Assembly (NCBI GenBank): GCA_965209035.1
Contig: OZ242372.1
Coordinates: forward strand, 1,856,001 to 1,920,000
Source of the DNA: Gammaproteobacteria bacterium
GTDB taxonomy: Bacteria > Pseudomonadota > Gammaproteobacteria > CBDBNL01 > JAAOII01
Direction: 5' to 3'
Length of the DNA stretch: 64,000 bases
A program made the translations under genes and the position numbers. Each line of letters begins with the position of its first letter. Position 1 is the stretch's first letter. This document shows positions 29,988 to 40,411 of this stretch, in pieces. The notes under the pieces are model-generated. The model saw only the letters and a list, made by a program, of their open reading frames with translations, was not told the DNA's origin and made no database searches.

Positions 29988-31487
29988 TCATTCCTTACCC
30001 TTGTACTCCTTTGCTCTTTTTCCCCGAAACAATAAGTTACAAAGCAAAGCAACCATACCGGCTGCGAGGGGAGCGCAAATAAAACTCAACAGCAGTAAGG
30101 TGTTGGGATTTGAGGCGATATCCGCACAACCGGCATTTTCGGGCGAGGGCGTCCAAAAGGAAAAGGAAAAGCAGATGATGTTTTGACTCAATTCGGGGAA
30201 CAGAGGACCGAATGAGGGAGAGATCATAAAAACAAGACCGCAAAGGATGCCGCATACCGCACTCACAAGCATGTGAGTTTGACTAAAACTCTTCTTATAT
30301 AAGCCGTAAAAGAGCGGAATCACCGTGCCGGCACAGATTAGATCCGCCAGTAAAAACAAATACAGGACGCTGTAACCGCGCATTGCGACCAATGCCGCAA
30401 GTAAGGCCAGAACGGATGTGACGGCGTATCGGATATATGCGGATGATTTGCCGGCCGCCGCGGCCGCGCGGCCGGAAACAAACTCGGTCGCGCACTCGGC
30501 AAGTGCGTTGAGGAGACTGTCCAAACTGCTCATCACCAGTAAGATAGCAACGAGCAACAGAAGGACGAGTAACCACTCCGGGGCGAGTTGTGCCATTACC
30601 AAAAACAACTCGGTCTCAGCCGTATCCGCAAGAATGTTAAGACGCAGGGCGAATATCCCGAAAGAGCCGGCTATTAAAATAATCGGTATGATCAGAAGAC
30701 CCGCCGAGAAAAAAGACCAACGCATCACCCGTTCATTGCGACAAGCATAGGCTCGTTGCCACAAGGTCTGGTTAAAAACTTGTGCCGCCAAAATGGCAAT
30801 AAACAAAGTCACGCCGAAACCCGCGCCAAATTGGGGGAATAGGGTTTCTGTCAGAACGAAATCTTGATCCGATTGAATATGTTCCGGCAGAGAGACAAGA
30901 ACGAAAACGAACATCAAAATTAGCAGAGGCACCAACATAGCAAACTGAATTTTATCGGTCCATACGACACTCCCGAAACCGCCTCGGTTGGTATATAACC
31001 AGGTACCAAATGCGACAGCTCCGACAGTGAGCCATCTCGGAATGTCTGAGATCAGTACTGCTGCCGTCCCTATGGCGGTTAGTTCGGCAGCCAGAAAAAT
31101 ACCCATATAAAAGAAACTGACGACAAGTGCGAACAGGGCCGCACCGCGTCCGTAGCGAATGTTCGCCCAGGTTGGCAGGCTGTAACCTTGCGGCAGCATT
31201 TTAAGCAATCGGGTTCCAAGGATGGCGATCACAAAGAAGGGGGCGGCTTGCCCTAACGCATAGCCGGATAACCCTTTCAGCCCCGCCCAACCCGCTGCTT
31301 GAGGAGGACTAAACAAAATCCATACGCCGGCGGCCGAGGCAACCAGAGTTGCCACCGAAGAGAAGAAGCCAAGTGAGCCGGCCGCAGCGGTTGTTTCGCC
31401 TTGTGTGTTTGGCACAAGGCGCAAACGAAATAAGGCCAGAGCCGCAAAAATCAGCGGAACCAGAATAATGACAAGAGAGAATTGCAT
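29988..31487 (-). CDS. Sodium:solute symporter (SSS) family protein
   Basis: About 13 hydrophobic helices; YT..GG...VVWTD.IQ, Q..WQR.YA, MSSLDS.LNA. Confidence 0.85.
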   Translation of the reverse strand: MQFSLVIILVPLIFAALALFRLRLVPNTQGETTAAAGSLGFFSSVATLVASAAGVWILFSPPQAAGWAGLKGLSGYALGQAAPFFVIAILGTRLLKMLPQGYSLPTWANIRYGRGAALFALVVSFFYMGIFLAAELTAIGTAAVLISDIPRWLTVGAVAFGTWLYTNRGGFGSVVWTDKIQFAMLVPLLILMFVFVLVSLPEHIQSDQDFVLTETLFPQFGAGFGVTLFIAILAAQVFNQTLWQRAYACRNERVMRWSFFSAGLLIIPIILIAGSFGIFALRLNILADTAETELFLVMAQLAPEWLLVLLLLVAILLVMSSLDSLLNALAECATEFVSGRAAAAAGKSSAYIRYAVTSVLALLAALVAMRGYSVLYLFLLADLICAGTVIPLFYGLYKKSFSQTHMLVSAVCGILCGLVFMISPSFGPLFPELSQNIICFSFSFWTPSPENAGCADIASNPNTLLLLSFICAPLAAGMVALLCNLLFRGKRAKEYKGKE

Positions 31488-32036
31488 TTGAGTCGCTTAA
31501 GAAATTAAGTGATGACAATCCCGGGCGGACTGCATATCTTTTTTTAATGAGAGCGGGACGCTCACTATTCCAAATATTTTTTGCGGAGGTTTTATTGCCA
31601 TGTTTTTATTTTAGGAATAATTAAACTACTGTGAGCCGGTTGGTTATTTCTATTACTGTCGCCGACAATATTTTTATTAAAGTGTTTGCGGTTTCGGTAT
31701 GTCTCTTTTTAATGTCTCTTATATATGCCTATTTGAGACACTTTCAAGCATACTCTATTTGCTATTCAACGATTTTCTTTGTCGATGCTTGCAAAAAAGA
31801 GGTTAAAAGAAACCGGAAGGAATTGGCAAAAAAGTACCAATATCTTATGAAGAGTGGTATAATACGATTTATGGTTTTGGTGATTATGTGTGTTCAGCCG
31901 AATACTCGAATATCGGGTCGTGCCAATATGATGATGCGACTTTCCAAATCACAGAGAAGAATCTTTTCACAGATAATTTTCTCCTCGATCAACTATTTAC
32001 TTGTTTATTATTCAATCATAAAGTGAGGTCATTATT

Positions 32037-33605
32037 ATGAACGCAAATACAAGCAATAAAACGGAATATTCCCGCACGCTTATCATAGTCAGCGGTGTTA
32101 TTCTGTTGTTATTTATCCTTTGGGGACTTCTTTCCCCAAAAAACTTTGCCTCTGTTTCTTCGGATACTTCCGGAGCAATTGTTGCCAATTTTCGTTGGTA
32201 TTACATCGGCATTGTTTCTATGTTTCTGTATGTTTGTCTGGCTTTGGCAATCGGTCCCTGGGGAAAGATTCGCATAGGCAAAGATTCGGAAGAGCCGGAA
32301 TTCGGCCTGTTATCCTGGATCGCGATGTTATTCGCGGCCGGCATGGGAATCGGTCTGGTATTCTGGAGTATCGCCGAACCAATGTGGCATCTTTCCGGGA
32401 ACCCTTATATAACCGAAGATCAAGCATTTACCGGGGTAGCCGCGGACTCGGCACTGTTACTTACCATATTTCACTGGGGATTGCATCCCTGGGCTATCTA
32501 TGGCATAGTCGGTCTGTGTATGGGCTATTTTACTTTTCGTAAGGGCCTGCCTTTGACGATCAGTTCCACGTTGAGCCCGATGCTGGGCACCAACACAAAC
32601 GGCTTATGGGGCGGGACGGCAAACGCCTTGGCAATCTTTGCCACGGTCGGCGGTCTGACCACTTCCTTGGGTCTGGGTGTTTTACAAATCAATTACGGAC
32701 TGAACACCCTTTTTGGTGTTCCCACAAACAAAGTGATGCAAGCGGTCCTGGTGATATCTATTTCGGCATTGGCAATCATTTCGGTTATTACCGGATTGAA
32801 AAAGGGGATCCTTTTTCTTAGCCGCCTTAATGTGGGACTGGCAGTCATCATGATGATTGCGATGCTACTTTTGGGCCCGACCATCTACCTGCTTAGCCTG
32901 TTTGTTCAACTTCTTGGCGATTACATTGTTAAGGTGTTTCCGTTGGGTAGCAACACTTTTGCCAACCAACCCGAACAAAACTGGCCCAACTTCTGGACTA
33001 CTTTTTATTGGGCATGGTGGATTTCCTGGTCGCCCTTTGTCGGTAGTTTTGTTGCGCGTATTTCACGCGGTCGCACCATACGCCAATTTATTGTCGGCGT
33101 TCTTTTGGTGCCGGCGTTGCTTTCCATCGCCTGGTTGACTGTGATGGGCGGAACGGCTCTCAATATAGAACTCTTGGCTGATGTTCCGGGAGAAGGGGGC
33201 ATATTCGCCGCGACAAAAGAAGGTTCCGAAAGGGCAATGTTTGCAACCTTTTCCGCAATGAATATTGGCGCTGTCCTTGAGTTCCTTTTGTCCGTAATAG
33301 GGCTGCTGCTGGTGGTGATCTTCTTTATCACTTCTTGTGACTCGGGTACTCTGGTGCTTTCCATGATTACTTCCAAAGGTAATCTGCACCCGCCCAACGC
33401 ATTGCGCCTGTTTTGGGGTGTTCTGATTGGCGGTGTCGCTCTGGTGCTTTTGCTAACCGGAGGTCTGGGTGCTCTGCAAACCGCCGCTATTGTTTCCGCC
33501 TTGCCTTTTTCGGTGGTGATGATATTGATGTTGGTTTGCCTCTTCCGCTCTTTGGGCGAAGAGACCATGGCGGCTTCTCGGATGAAATCGAGCAAGCAAT
33601 CGTAG
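32037..33605 (+). CDS. BCCT-family (betaine/choline/carnitine) transporter
   Basis: PEF...SW.AMLFAAGMGIGLVFW..AEP, FHWGLHPWAIY, WT.FYWAWWISWSPFVG.F.ARISRGRTIR. Confidence 0.95.
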   Translation: MNANTSNKTEYSRTLIIVSGVILLLFILWGLLSPKNFASVSSDTSGAIVANFRWYYIGIVSMFLYVCLALAIGPWGKIRIGKDSEEPEFGLLSWIAMLFAAGMGIGLVFWSIAEPMWHLSGNPYITEDQAFTGVAADSALLLTIFHWGLHPWAIYGIVGLCMGYFTFRKGLPLTISSTLSPMLGTNTNGLWGGTANALAIFATVGGLTTSLGLGVLQINYGLNTLFGVPTNKVMQAVLVISISALAIISVITGLKKGILFLSRLNVGLAVIMMIAMLLLGPTIYLLSLFVQLLGDYIVKVFPLGSNTFANQPEQNWPNFWTTFYWAWWISWSPFVGSFVARISRGRTIRQFIVGVLLVPALLSIAWLTVMGGTALNIELLADVPGEGGIFAATKEGSERAMFATFSAMNIGAVLEFLLSVIGLLLVVIFFITSCDSGTLVLSMITSKGNLHPPNALRLFWGVLIGGVALVLLLTGGLGALQTAAIVSALPFSVVMILMLVCLFRSLGEETMAASRMKSSKQS

Positions 33606-33625
33606 CATAAGAAATATCCGGCGCG

Positions 33626-33655
33626 AAGCGAGTGGGACTTCTGTCTCACTCGCTT
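33626..33655 (+). terminator. Strong hairpin between the BCCT gene and soxB (terminator or attenuator)
   Basis: AAGCGAGTGGGAC-TTCT-GTCTCACTCGCTT stem. Confidence 0.6.
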
Positions 33656-33706
33656 TTCGCGTTTGTATTAAACGATTAAACGGGCGACATATGTTTTTTA
33701 GTATTT

Positions 33707-34969
33707 TTGTTTTTGGCGGTGCGTTATTCTTTTTTTAATCTTCTAAAACAGTCTTTCCATAATCATACCACTTGGCAGCCCGCTTGGCGGGAAGCCAAAC
33801 TGGGTTCAAATTATGATGTTGTGATCGTCGGCGGCGGCGGACACGGTCTGGCAACCGCTTACTATTTGGCAAAAGAGCATCGTCTTCGTAATATTGCCGT
33901 TTTGGAGAAAGGTTATATTGGCGGCGGTAATACCGGACGCAATACGACCATCATCCGCTCAAACTACTTGCGAGATCCTTCCTCCAAACTTTACAATCAT
34001 TCTTTGGATCTTTGGCAAGATTTGACTCGTCAATTAAATTTTAATGTGATGTTCAGCCAAAGAGGGGTTTACAATCTTGGGCATAGTTTGCAGGATATGC
34101 GCGATATTGAACGGAGGGTGAATGCCAATATTCTCAACGGCATCGTTGCGGCAGTTGTCCTGCCGGATGAACTTAAACGCCGCATTCCGTTGTTGAACAC
34201 TTCATCCAACGCGCGTTATCCAATTTTGGGAGCTTCTTACCAAAAAGCCGGCGGAGTTGCACGACACGATGCGGTAGCATGGGGATTTGCCCGGGCGGCT
34301 TCGGCTCTGGGGGTGGATGTGATCCAAAACTGCGAGGTTACGGGGATGGACATCCGCAACGGAAGTATCACGGGATTACAAACCTCACAGGGGCCTGTGG
34401 TCACGGAAAAAGTGGGTGTAGTGGTTGCCGGACATACTTCGCTACTTGCGGCCATGGCCGGTTTGAAACTGCCCGTCGTCAGTCGACCTTTGCAAGCATT
34501 TGTTTCCGAACCGCTTAAACCTGTTTTGCATACTGTGGTCATGTCCGGGGCGGTTCACGGGTACATTAGTCAGTCCGACAAGGGCGATATGGTTATAGGC
34601 GCGGGCGTGGACGGATACGGCGGCTATTCGCAACGCGGGAGTCCGCAGATCATTGAGCATACCGCACAGGCAATGATAGAATTGTTCCCTTTTCTGAGCA
34701 GAGTGCGTATGAACAGACAGTGGGCGGGTATTGTGGACATATTACCGGACGCATGTCCGATTGTCGGTAAGACGCCGATTAAGGGGCTGTTCTTAAATTG
34801 CGGTTGGGGGACCGGAGGATTTAAAGCCACGCCCGGATCCGGTCATGTGTTTGCCCATACTATTGCCCGGGACGAACCGCATAAGTTGAACAGGGCGCTT
34901 TCCATGGAAAGATTTGTCACGGGGAACCTGGTGGACGAACACGGGGCGGCCGGCGTGTCACAGCATTAA
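33707..34969 (+). CDS. soxB: Heterotetrameric sarcosine oxidase beta subunit
   Basis: GGGGHGLATAYYLAK, GGNTGRNTTIIRSNY, ARHDAVAWG, GWGTGGFKATPGSG. Start may be GTG at 33719. Confidence 0.95.
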   Translation: MFLAVRYSFFNLLKQSFHNHTTWQPAWREAKLGSNYDVVIVGGGGHGLATAYYLAKEHRLRNIAVLEKGYIGGGNTGRNTTIIRSNYLRDPSSKLYNHSLDLWQDLTRQLNFNVMFSQRGVYNLGHSLQDMRDIERRVNANILNGIVAAVVLPDELKRRIPLLNTSSNARYPILGASYQKAGGVARHDAVAWGFARAASALGVDVIQNCEVTGMDIRNGSITGLQTSQGPVVTEKVGVVVAGHTSLLAAMAGLKLPVVSRPLQAFVSEPLKPVLHTVVMSGAVHGYISQSDKGDMVIGAGVDGYGGYSQRGSPQIIEHTAQAMIELFPFLSRVRMNRQWAGIVDILPDACPIVGKTPIKGLFLNCGWGTGGFKATPGSGHVFAHTIARDEPHKLNRALSMERFVTGNLVDEHGAAGVSQH

Positions 34970-35015
34970 TAGAAATAGAGTAATATAAGTTAGTGAATGA
35001 TCCGGTGAATCAAAA

Positions 35016-35312
35016 ATGTTATTAATCACTTGTCCCCATTGCGGAGAAAAACGCGAAGAGGAGGAATTTGCTTATGCGGATGAGGCATTTATTGTCCGCC
35101 CGTCGGACCCCGAGAGCCTGAACGACCAAGAGTGGGCGGAATATTTGTTTGTGCGCAATAATGTGAGCGGTCTCCAATATGAAAAGTGGGCGCATACGGC
35201 GGGTTGTCGCAAGTTTTTTATTGTCAAGCGAAACAACCTGACCAATGAAATTGAAACGACGATGACCATGCAAGATGCATTGGCACAGCGTAAGAAAGAA
35301 AAGAAGAAATAG
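35016..35312 (+). CDS. soxD: Sarcosine oxidase delta subunit
   Basis: MLLI.CPHCG.R.E.EF...W.H..GC zinc motif. Confidence 0.93.
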   Translation: MLLITCPHCGEKREEEEFAYADEAFIVRPSDPESLNDQEWAEYLFVRNNVSGLQYEKWAHTAGCRKFFIVKRNNLTNEIETTMTMQDALAQRKKEKKK

Positions 35313-35324
35313 GATCTGGGCACG

Positions 35325-38300
35325 ATGAGATTGAAGGCAAACCCGACAGAGTCTATTAACAGAGACAGACCGATTACCTTTTACTGGAACGGCAAGCCAC
35401 TGCCGGCATATGAGGGCGATGTGTTGGCATCGGCTTTGCTTGCCAATGGTGTGCGTCGTGTTGGCGCAAGTTTTAAGTATGGCAGACCGCGCGGCATTTA
35501 CACCGCTTGGAGCGACGAGCCTAACGCCATTGTGAGTTTGGAAAGTGGCGGTCTGCTCACGCCCAATGCCAGAGCAACCGAGGCGGAAGTTTATGACGGC
35601 ATGAACGCCCGGGCCACATCCGACGGGGGAGGAAACGGACTTTTGGGGATGGGGAATCTGAACTTAAAATCTCTGTTTCGTCCGTTGCACGGTGCCATGC
35701 CGGCGGGTTTTTACTACAAGACTTTTCAGTCACCGCAATTTCTTTGGCCTGTTTACGAAAAAGTCTTACGGCGTTTTGCCGGTTTTTCGATGCCGCCCGC
35801 GGTAGAGGATAAAGAATCTTACGATGCGGTGCATCACCATTGCGATGTTTTAATCGTCGGCGGGGGTGTTGCCGGCCTCACCGCCGCCCGTTCTCTCGTA
35901 AACTCCGGTCTTTCCGTCATTTTGGCGGACGATAGGCCGCATTTGGGCGGTCAATGGTGGACGGATGCCGAAGCCGAATTGGACGGCATGCCTGTTTATG
36001 AATGGGTGCAAGATAGCGAACAAGCGATACGGAAGACCTGTAAACTGCTCAAAAGAACGGTCGCATATGCACTGCATGATCATAATCTGGTATTGGCGGC
36101 GGAGCGTATTCAGGATCACCTTTCGCCCGGCCAACGTAATCCGGCGCGCCCCCGTCAGCGGCATCACCGAATTCGGGCAAAGGAGATCATTTTGGCAACA
36201 GGCGCCTATGAACGCGGTGTTACCTTTTCCAATAATGATCTGCCGGGTGTCATGCTGGCAAATGCGGTGCAGGCCTACTTGAAACTTTATTCCGTATTGC
36301 CCGGGGAAAATGTATTACTTTTTGTTAACAATGACGGCGGCTATGCTCTGGCAAGAGATCTGCATACGGCCGGTTGTAAGAATATTACGGTTGCGGATGC
36401 CCGCCCGCAAGGATCTCCGTCTTTACCCGAGGGGATTAAGTTTTTACCGGGGTATGTTCCGTTGCAGGCACAGTCGCGGGGGGGGCATCTCAGCGGTGTG
36501 CGTATGCAAAAAGTTGCGGATGACGGCAGCAGCATCGATAATAGCAACGGGGGCAACGGCAACGGGCAGACTGTGGGCACCGTGGGCACCATGGAGATTG
36601 CTTGTGATCTGTTTGCTCTTTCCTGCGGTTACGATCCGATTGTGCATCTGACCTGCCATAAGACAAATCGGCCTGTGTGGTCGGAGGAACTGGCGTGCTT
36701 TCTGCCGGGGGATTCCGCAGAGGAGTCTTGCCATTTGGCGGGAGCGGTTTGCGGCTACTTTCGCGCCGATGCGGCCAAACAAAGCGGATTGCGGGCGGCA
36801 CAATTTGCGGCGAAGCAACTGAACACCGAGATATCGGATAAGTTGCCGAATTCTGCAATGCTGGCAAGGCCAAAACGGGACAATTTTGGTATTGCTCCGC
36901 TATTTGTTACCGAAGGGGGCGGAGAAAAGAGGTTTGTGGACTTACAAAATGATGTGACCGCCGATGATCTGGAACTGGCTCTGCGCGAAAATTATCGCAG
37001 CATTGAACATGTCAAACGATATACGGCTATGGGCTTTGGGACGGATCAGGGAAAAACATCCAATGTAATCGGCTTTAATTATGTGGCAGAAAAATTGGGT
37101 GTGAGTGTGCGCGAAGTGGGCACTACCACCTATCGGCCGCCCTATACGCCCGTGGCGTTTGGAGTGCTTGCCGGACAGCATGTTCGGGGCCTGTATGATC
37201 CGATCAGGTATACGCCCATGCAGCAGTCGCATATTAAAAGTAATCCCGAATTCGAAAGAGTGGGACAGTGGATGCGTCCGCGTTACTTTCCGCGGGACGG
37301 CGAAGACATGCAACAGGCGCTAAACCGCGAGTGTCTGGCGGCTCGTCAGGCAGTGGCGGTGATAGATGCTTCGACCCTGGGCAAGATAGATGTGCGCGGA
37401 CCGGATGCGCGCGAATTTCTTAACCGGGTTTACACGAATTCTTGGACCAAACTTGCGCCGGGTAAGTGTCGCTATGGGATCATGTTGGACGAAAACGGCA
37501 TGGTTTATGACGACGGTGTCACAGCCTGTATTACCGACGAGCATTTTTACCTGACGACCACTACTCCGGGTGCCGCACCCGTGTATCAGTGGCTGGAAGA
37601 CTGGCTGCAAACCGAATGGCCGGATCTGCGCGTCTTTTTGACCAGTGTGACCGATCATTGGTCCACGACGGCGGTGGTGGGGCCGCACAGTCGTGCGCTC
37701 CTTGCAAAGGTCTGTTCGGACATTAATTTTTCACGCGAGGATTTTGATTTCATGGAATGGAAAGAAGGAATAGTCTGCGGTGTCCCGGCAAGAGTCATGC
37801 GGATTAGTTTTTCCGGCGAGTTGGCTTACGAGATTAATGTTCAGTCAAACTACGGCAGGCATGTATGGGACTCTGTTTGTGCGGCCGGCGAGGAGTTTGG
37901 GATTACCCGTTACGGCACCGAGACGATGCATGTTTTGCGAGCCGAAAAAGGGTTCATCATTGTTGGTCAGGATACGGACGGTTTTGTAACCCCGACAGAT
38001 CTGGGAATGGATTGGATCCTGCCAAAGAAGAAACCGTTCAGTTATCTGGGCAAGAGATCTTTGTCGCGCCCCGAAATGCTAAGCGAAGAACGGAAGCAAT
38101 TGGTGGGATTGTTCCCCAAGGACATGCAGAAGATCCTGCCGGAAGGTTGCCAGTTGGTGAATTCGCGCGAGACTGCGGATGATATGCAAGGACATGTCAC
38201 TTCTTCTTATTACAGTCCGATTTTGAAACGATCCTTTGCGCTTGCTTTGGTGAAGCGCGGTCTGAAACGCCAAGGTGAGACGCTCTTTGGCATGACCAAA

Positions 38301-38375
38301 GAAGGCGAACTCATTGAGACCGAGATTACCGATTCGATTGTTTACGATAAAAAAGGAGAGAAAAGGGATGGTTAA
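35325..38375 (+). CDS. soxA: Sarcosine oxidase alpha subunit
   Basis: LASALLANG, FKY.RPRG, AGFYYKTF, EHVKRYT..G.GTDQGKTSN; GcvT-like C-terminal domain. Confidence 0.95.
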   Translation: MRLKANPTESINRDRPITFYWNGKPLPAYEGDVLASALLANGVRRVGASFKYGRPRGIYTAWSDEPNAIVSLESGGLLTPNARATEAEVYDGMNARATSDGGGNGLLGMGNLNLKSLFRPLHGAMPAGFYYKTFQSPQFLWPVYEKVLRRFAGFSMPPAVEDKESYDAVHHHCDVLIVGGGVAGLTAARSLVNSGLSVILADDRPHLGGQWWTDAEAELDGMPVYEWVQDSEQAIRKTCKLLKRTVAYALHDHNLVLAAERIQDHLSPGQRNPARPRQRHHRIRAKEIILATGAYERGVTFSNNDLPGVMLANAVQAYLKLYSVLPGENVLLFVNNDGGYALARDLHTAGCKNITVADARPQGSPSLPEGIKFLPGYVPLQAQSRGGHLSGVRMQKVADDGSSIDNSNGGNGNGQTVGTVGTMEIACDLFALSCGYDPIVHLTCHKTNRPVWSEELACFLPGDSAEESCHLAGAVCGYFRADAAKQSGLRAAQFAAKQLNTEISDKLPNSAMLARPKRDNFGIAPLFVTEGGGEKRFVDLQNDVTADDLELALRENYRSIEHVKRYTAMGFGTDQGKTSNVIGFNYVAEKLGVSVREVGTTTYRPPYTPVAFGVLAGQHVRGLYDPIRYTPMQQSHIKSNPEFERVGQWMRPRYFPRDGEDMQQALNRECLAARQAVAVIDASTLGKIDVRGPDAREFLNRVYTNSWTKLAPGKCRYGIMLDENGMVYDDGVTACITDEHFYLTTTTPGAAPVYQWLEDWLQTEWPDLRVFLTSVTDHWSTTAVVGPHSRALLAKVCSDINFSREDFDFMEWKEGIVCGVPARVMRISFSGELAYEINVQSNYGRHVWDSVCAAGEEFGITRYGTETMHVLRAEKGFIIVGQDTDGFVTPTDLGMDWILPKKKPFSYLGKRSLSRPEMLSEERKQLVGLFPKDMQKILPEGCQLVNSRETADDMQGHVTSSYYSPILKRSFALALVKRGLKRQGETLFGMTKEGELIETEITDSIVYDKKGEKRDG

Positions 38376-38377
38376 AT

Positions 38378-38995
38378 ATGATTAATCCTATTTTTGAAAC
38401 AGCCCTGGAACATTACGACTTCCCGTGCGGCGGTGAAGCGTTTGCCGCCAAGGAGATGCGCGACCATGCCTTTGTGGTGTTACGCGGCAGAACCGAAGAT
38501 CGGGAATTCGTCAATGCTTGCAAGGAGAAACTGGGTATTGTTTTGCCGTCTCCTCTAAGTTTGGTAAGTTTGGTAAGTTTGACAAGTTTGACGAAACCGG
38601 GTGATGCGGAGTGCTTATGGATTGCATCCGATGAGTTTCTTGTTCTCCTGCCCCGGTCTCAAAAAGACAAGTTTTTGCAAACCGCAAAAGAGGCATTCAA
38701 CGGTGTGTTTGCCGCCGCGGTGGATAACTCCGGCACCTATTCGTACTTGCGTCTTGACGGTCGGCATGTGAAAGATGTTCTCGCCAAGGTGAGCTCCTAT
38801 GATGTTTCGGATGTCGGGCTGCCTGCGGGGAAAGTGGTGACGACTTTGGCGGGCAAGGCGCAGGTCGTTCTTTTCAGAGAGCCAAACGAATCCGGCACGG
38901 GTTTGTTGGTGCGTTTTTCGTTTGCCGATTATGTTTGGCGATCTCTTGTCCGGGCAGCCGGCGAATACCAAACCGATTTACTTATAAATCATTAA
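38378..38995 (+). CDS. soxG: Sarcosine oxidase gamma subunit
   Basis: LRG, LW...DE.L, VD.S, VR.SFADY.W motifs; last gene in soxBDAG order. Confidence 0.88.
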   Translation: MINPIFETALEHYDFPCGGEAFAAKEMRDHAFVVLRGRTEDREFVNACKEKLGIVLPSPLSLVSLVSLTSLTKPGDAECLWIASDEFLVLLPRSQKDKFLQTAKEAFNGVFAAAVDNSGTYSYLRLDGRHVKDVLAKVSSYDVSDVGLPAGKVVTTLAGKAQVVLFREPNESGTGLLVRFSFADYVWRSLVRAAGEYQTDLLINH

Positions 38996-39025
38996 TCTAA
39001 CAATCAATCAAAGAGGTACATCATT

Positions 39026-40204
39026 ATGTCAAAAATCTTATGTGTGTTATACGAGGATCCGGTTGCGGGCTACCCGCAAACCTATCCGCGTGATGATATC
39101 CCGCAATTAACGGGATATCCGGACGGCCAGACAGTTCCGTCTCCGTCCGGCTTGGGCTTTAAGCCCGGCGAACTATTGGGCTCTGTTTCCGGAGAATTGG
39201 GACTTCGGGAGTTTTTGGAGAAAGAAGGGCATAGCCTGGTAGTCACTTCCGACAAGGACGGCTCCGATTCCCTGTTTGCCAAAGAGTTGCCGGATGCGGA
39301 CATTGTCATTTCGCAGCCCTTTTGGCCTGCTTATCTGACAGCCGAACGCATTGCCAATGCGCCAAAATTGAAGTTGGCGGTTACGGCCGGTATCGGCTCA
39401 GACCATGTGGATCTGCAGGCGGCCATAGAAAGAAATATCACCGTCTGCGAAGTCACCTATAGCAATAGCCTCAGTGTGGCGGAGCATGTGGTGATGATGA
39501 TCCTGGCATTGGTGCGAAACTATATTCCTTCTTACAAACAGGTGATTGAAGGAGGATGGAACATTGCCGATTGTGTGCAGCGTGCCTACGATGTGGAAGG
39601 AATGCATATCGGCTCGGTTGCCGCCGGCAGAATCGGTCTTGCGGTGCTGCGCCGAATGCATCCTTTTGATGTCCGCTTGCACTATACGGACAGACACAGA
39701 TTGCCCGCCGAGACAGAGAAAGAACTTGGGTTAATCTTTCACGAATCCGCGGAAGATATGGTCCGGGTTTGTGATCTGGTCACCATTAACTGTCCCTTGC
39801 ATCCGGAAACCGAGCATCTGTTTGACAAAGAAATGCTCTCCAAGATGAAGAGGGGAGCCTATATTGTCAATACCGCGCGCGGTAAGATCTGTGACAGCAA
39901 AGCAATTGCGGACGCACTGGAAAGCGGACAACTTGCGGGCTATGCCGGCGATGTTTGGTTTCCGCAACCGGCACCCAAGGATCATCCCTGGCGCAGTATG
40001 CCATACCATAGCATGACCCCGCACACCTCCGGTTCCACACTTTCGGCACAGGCGCGCTATGCGGCCGGTGTGCGCGAGATACTGGAATGTTGGTTTCAGG
40101 GCAAACCCATTCGCGACGAGTACTTAATTGTCAGCGGCGGGAAACTTGCCGGCGCGGGTGCGCACTCTTACAGCGAGGGGGACACCACCGGCGGCAGCTT
40201 GTAA
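39026..40204 (+). CDS. fdh: NAD-dependent formate dehydrogenase
   Basis: KILCVLY.DP..GYP, PGELLGSVSGELGLR, SQPFWPAY, AGIGSDH, GRIG, GDVWFPQPAP, TPHTSG. Confidence 0.96.
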   Translation: MSKILCVLYEDPVAGYPQTYPRDDIPQLTGYPDGQTVPSPSGLGFKPGELLGSVSGELGLREFLEKEGHSLVVTSDKDGSDSLFAKELPDADIVISQPFWPAYLTAERIANAPKLKLAVTAGIGSDHVDLQAAIERNITVCEVTYSNSLSVAEHVVMMILALVRNYIPSYKQVIEGGWNIADCVQRAYDVEGMHIGSVAAGRIGLAVLRRMHPFDVRLHYTDRHRLPAETEKELGLIFHESAEDMVRVCDLVTINCPLHPETEHLFDKEMLSKMKRGAYIVNTARGKICDSKAIADALESGQLAGYAGDVWFPQPAPKDHPWRSMPYHSMTPHTSGSTLSAQARYAAGVREILECWFQGKPIRDEYLIVSGGKLAGAGAHSYSEGDTTGGSL

Positions 40205-40411
40205 CCTGTTTCCGGTACCCTTCGGGCTCTTCTTCTTCTCTTCGATGAGAAGTTGAAGGGCCTCGCGGTTGTTCGATAATAATGATCCGGTGTTAAATAA
40301 TATGACGCACGCACAATTTTTTGTTCGTTCGGTAGATTCTGCTTGGCAAGAAATTGAAGATCCTTGTGATTGTTTTATAATAATACGTACTTACAGTATT
40401 ATGATAGCGTT

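Noticed and set aside
31631-32026. 131-aa ORF in the AT-rich gap between the SSS and BCCT genes
   Set aside because: No motif or clear SD; more likely a divergent promoter region. I also saw no TPP or other riboswitch consensus.
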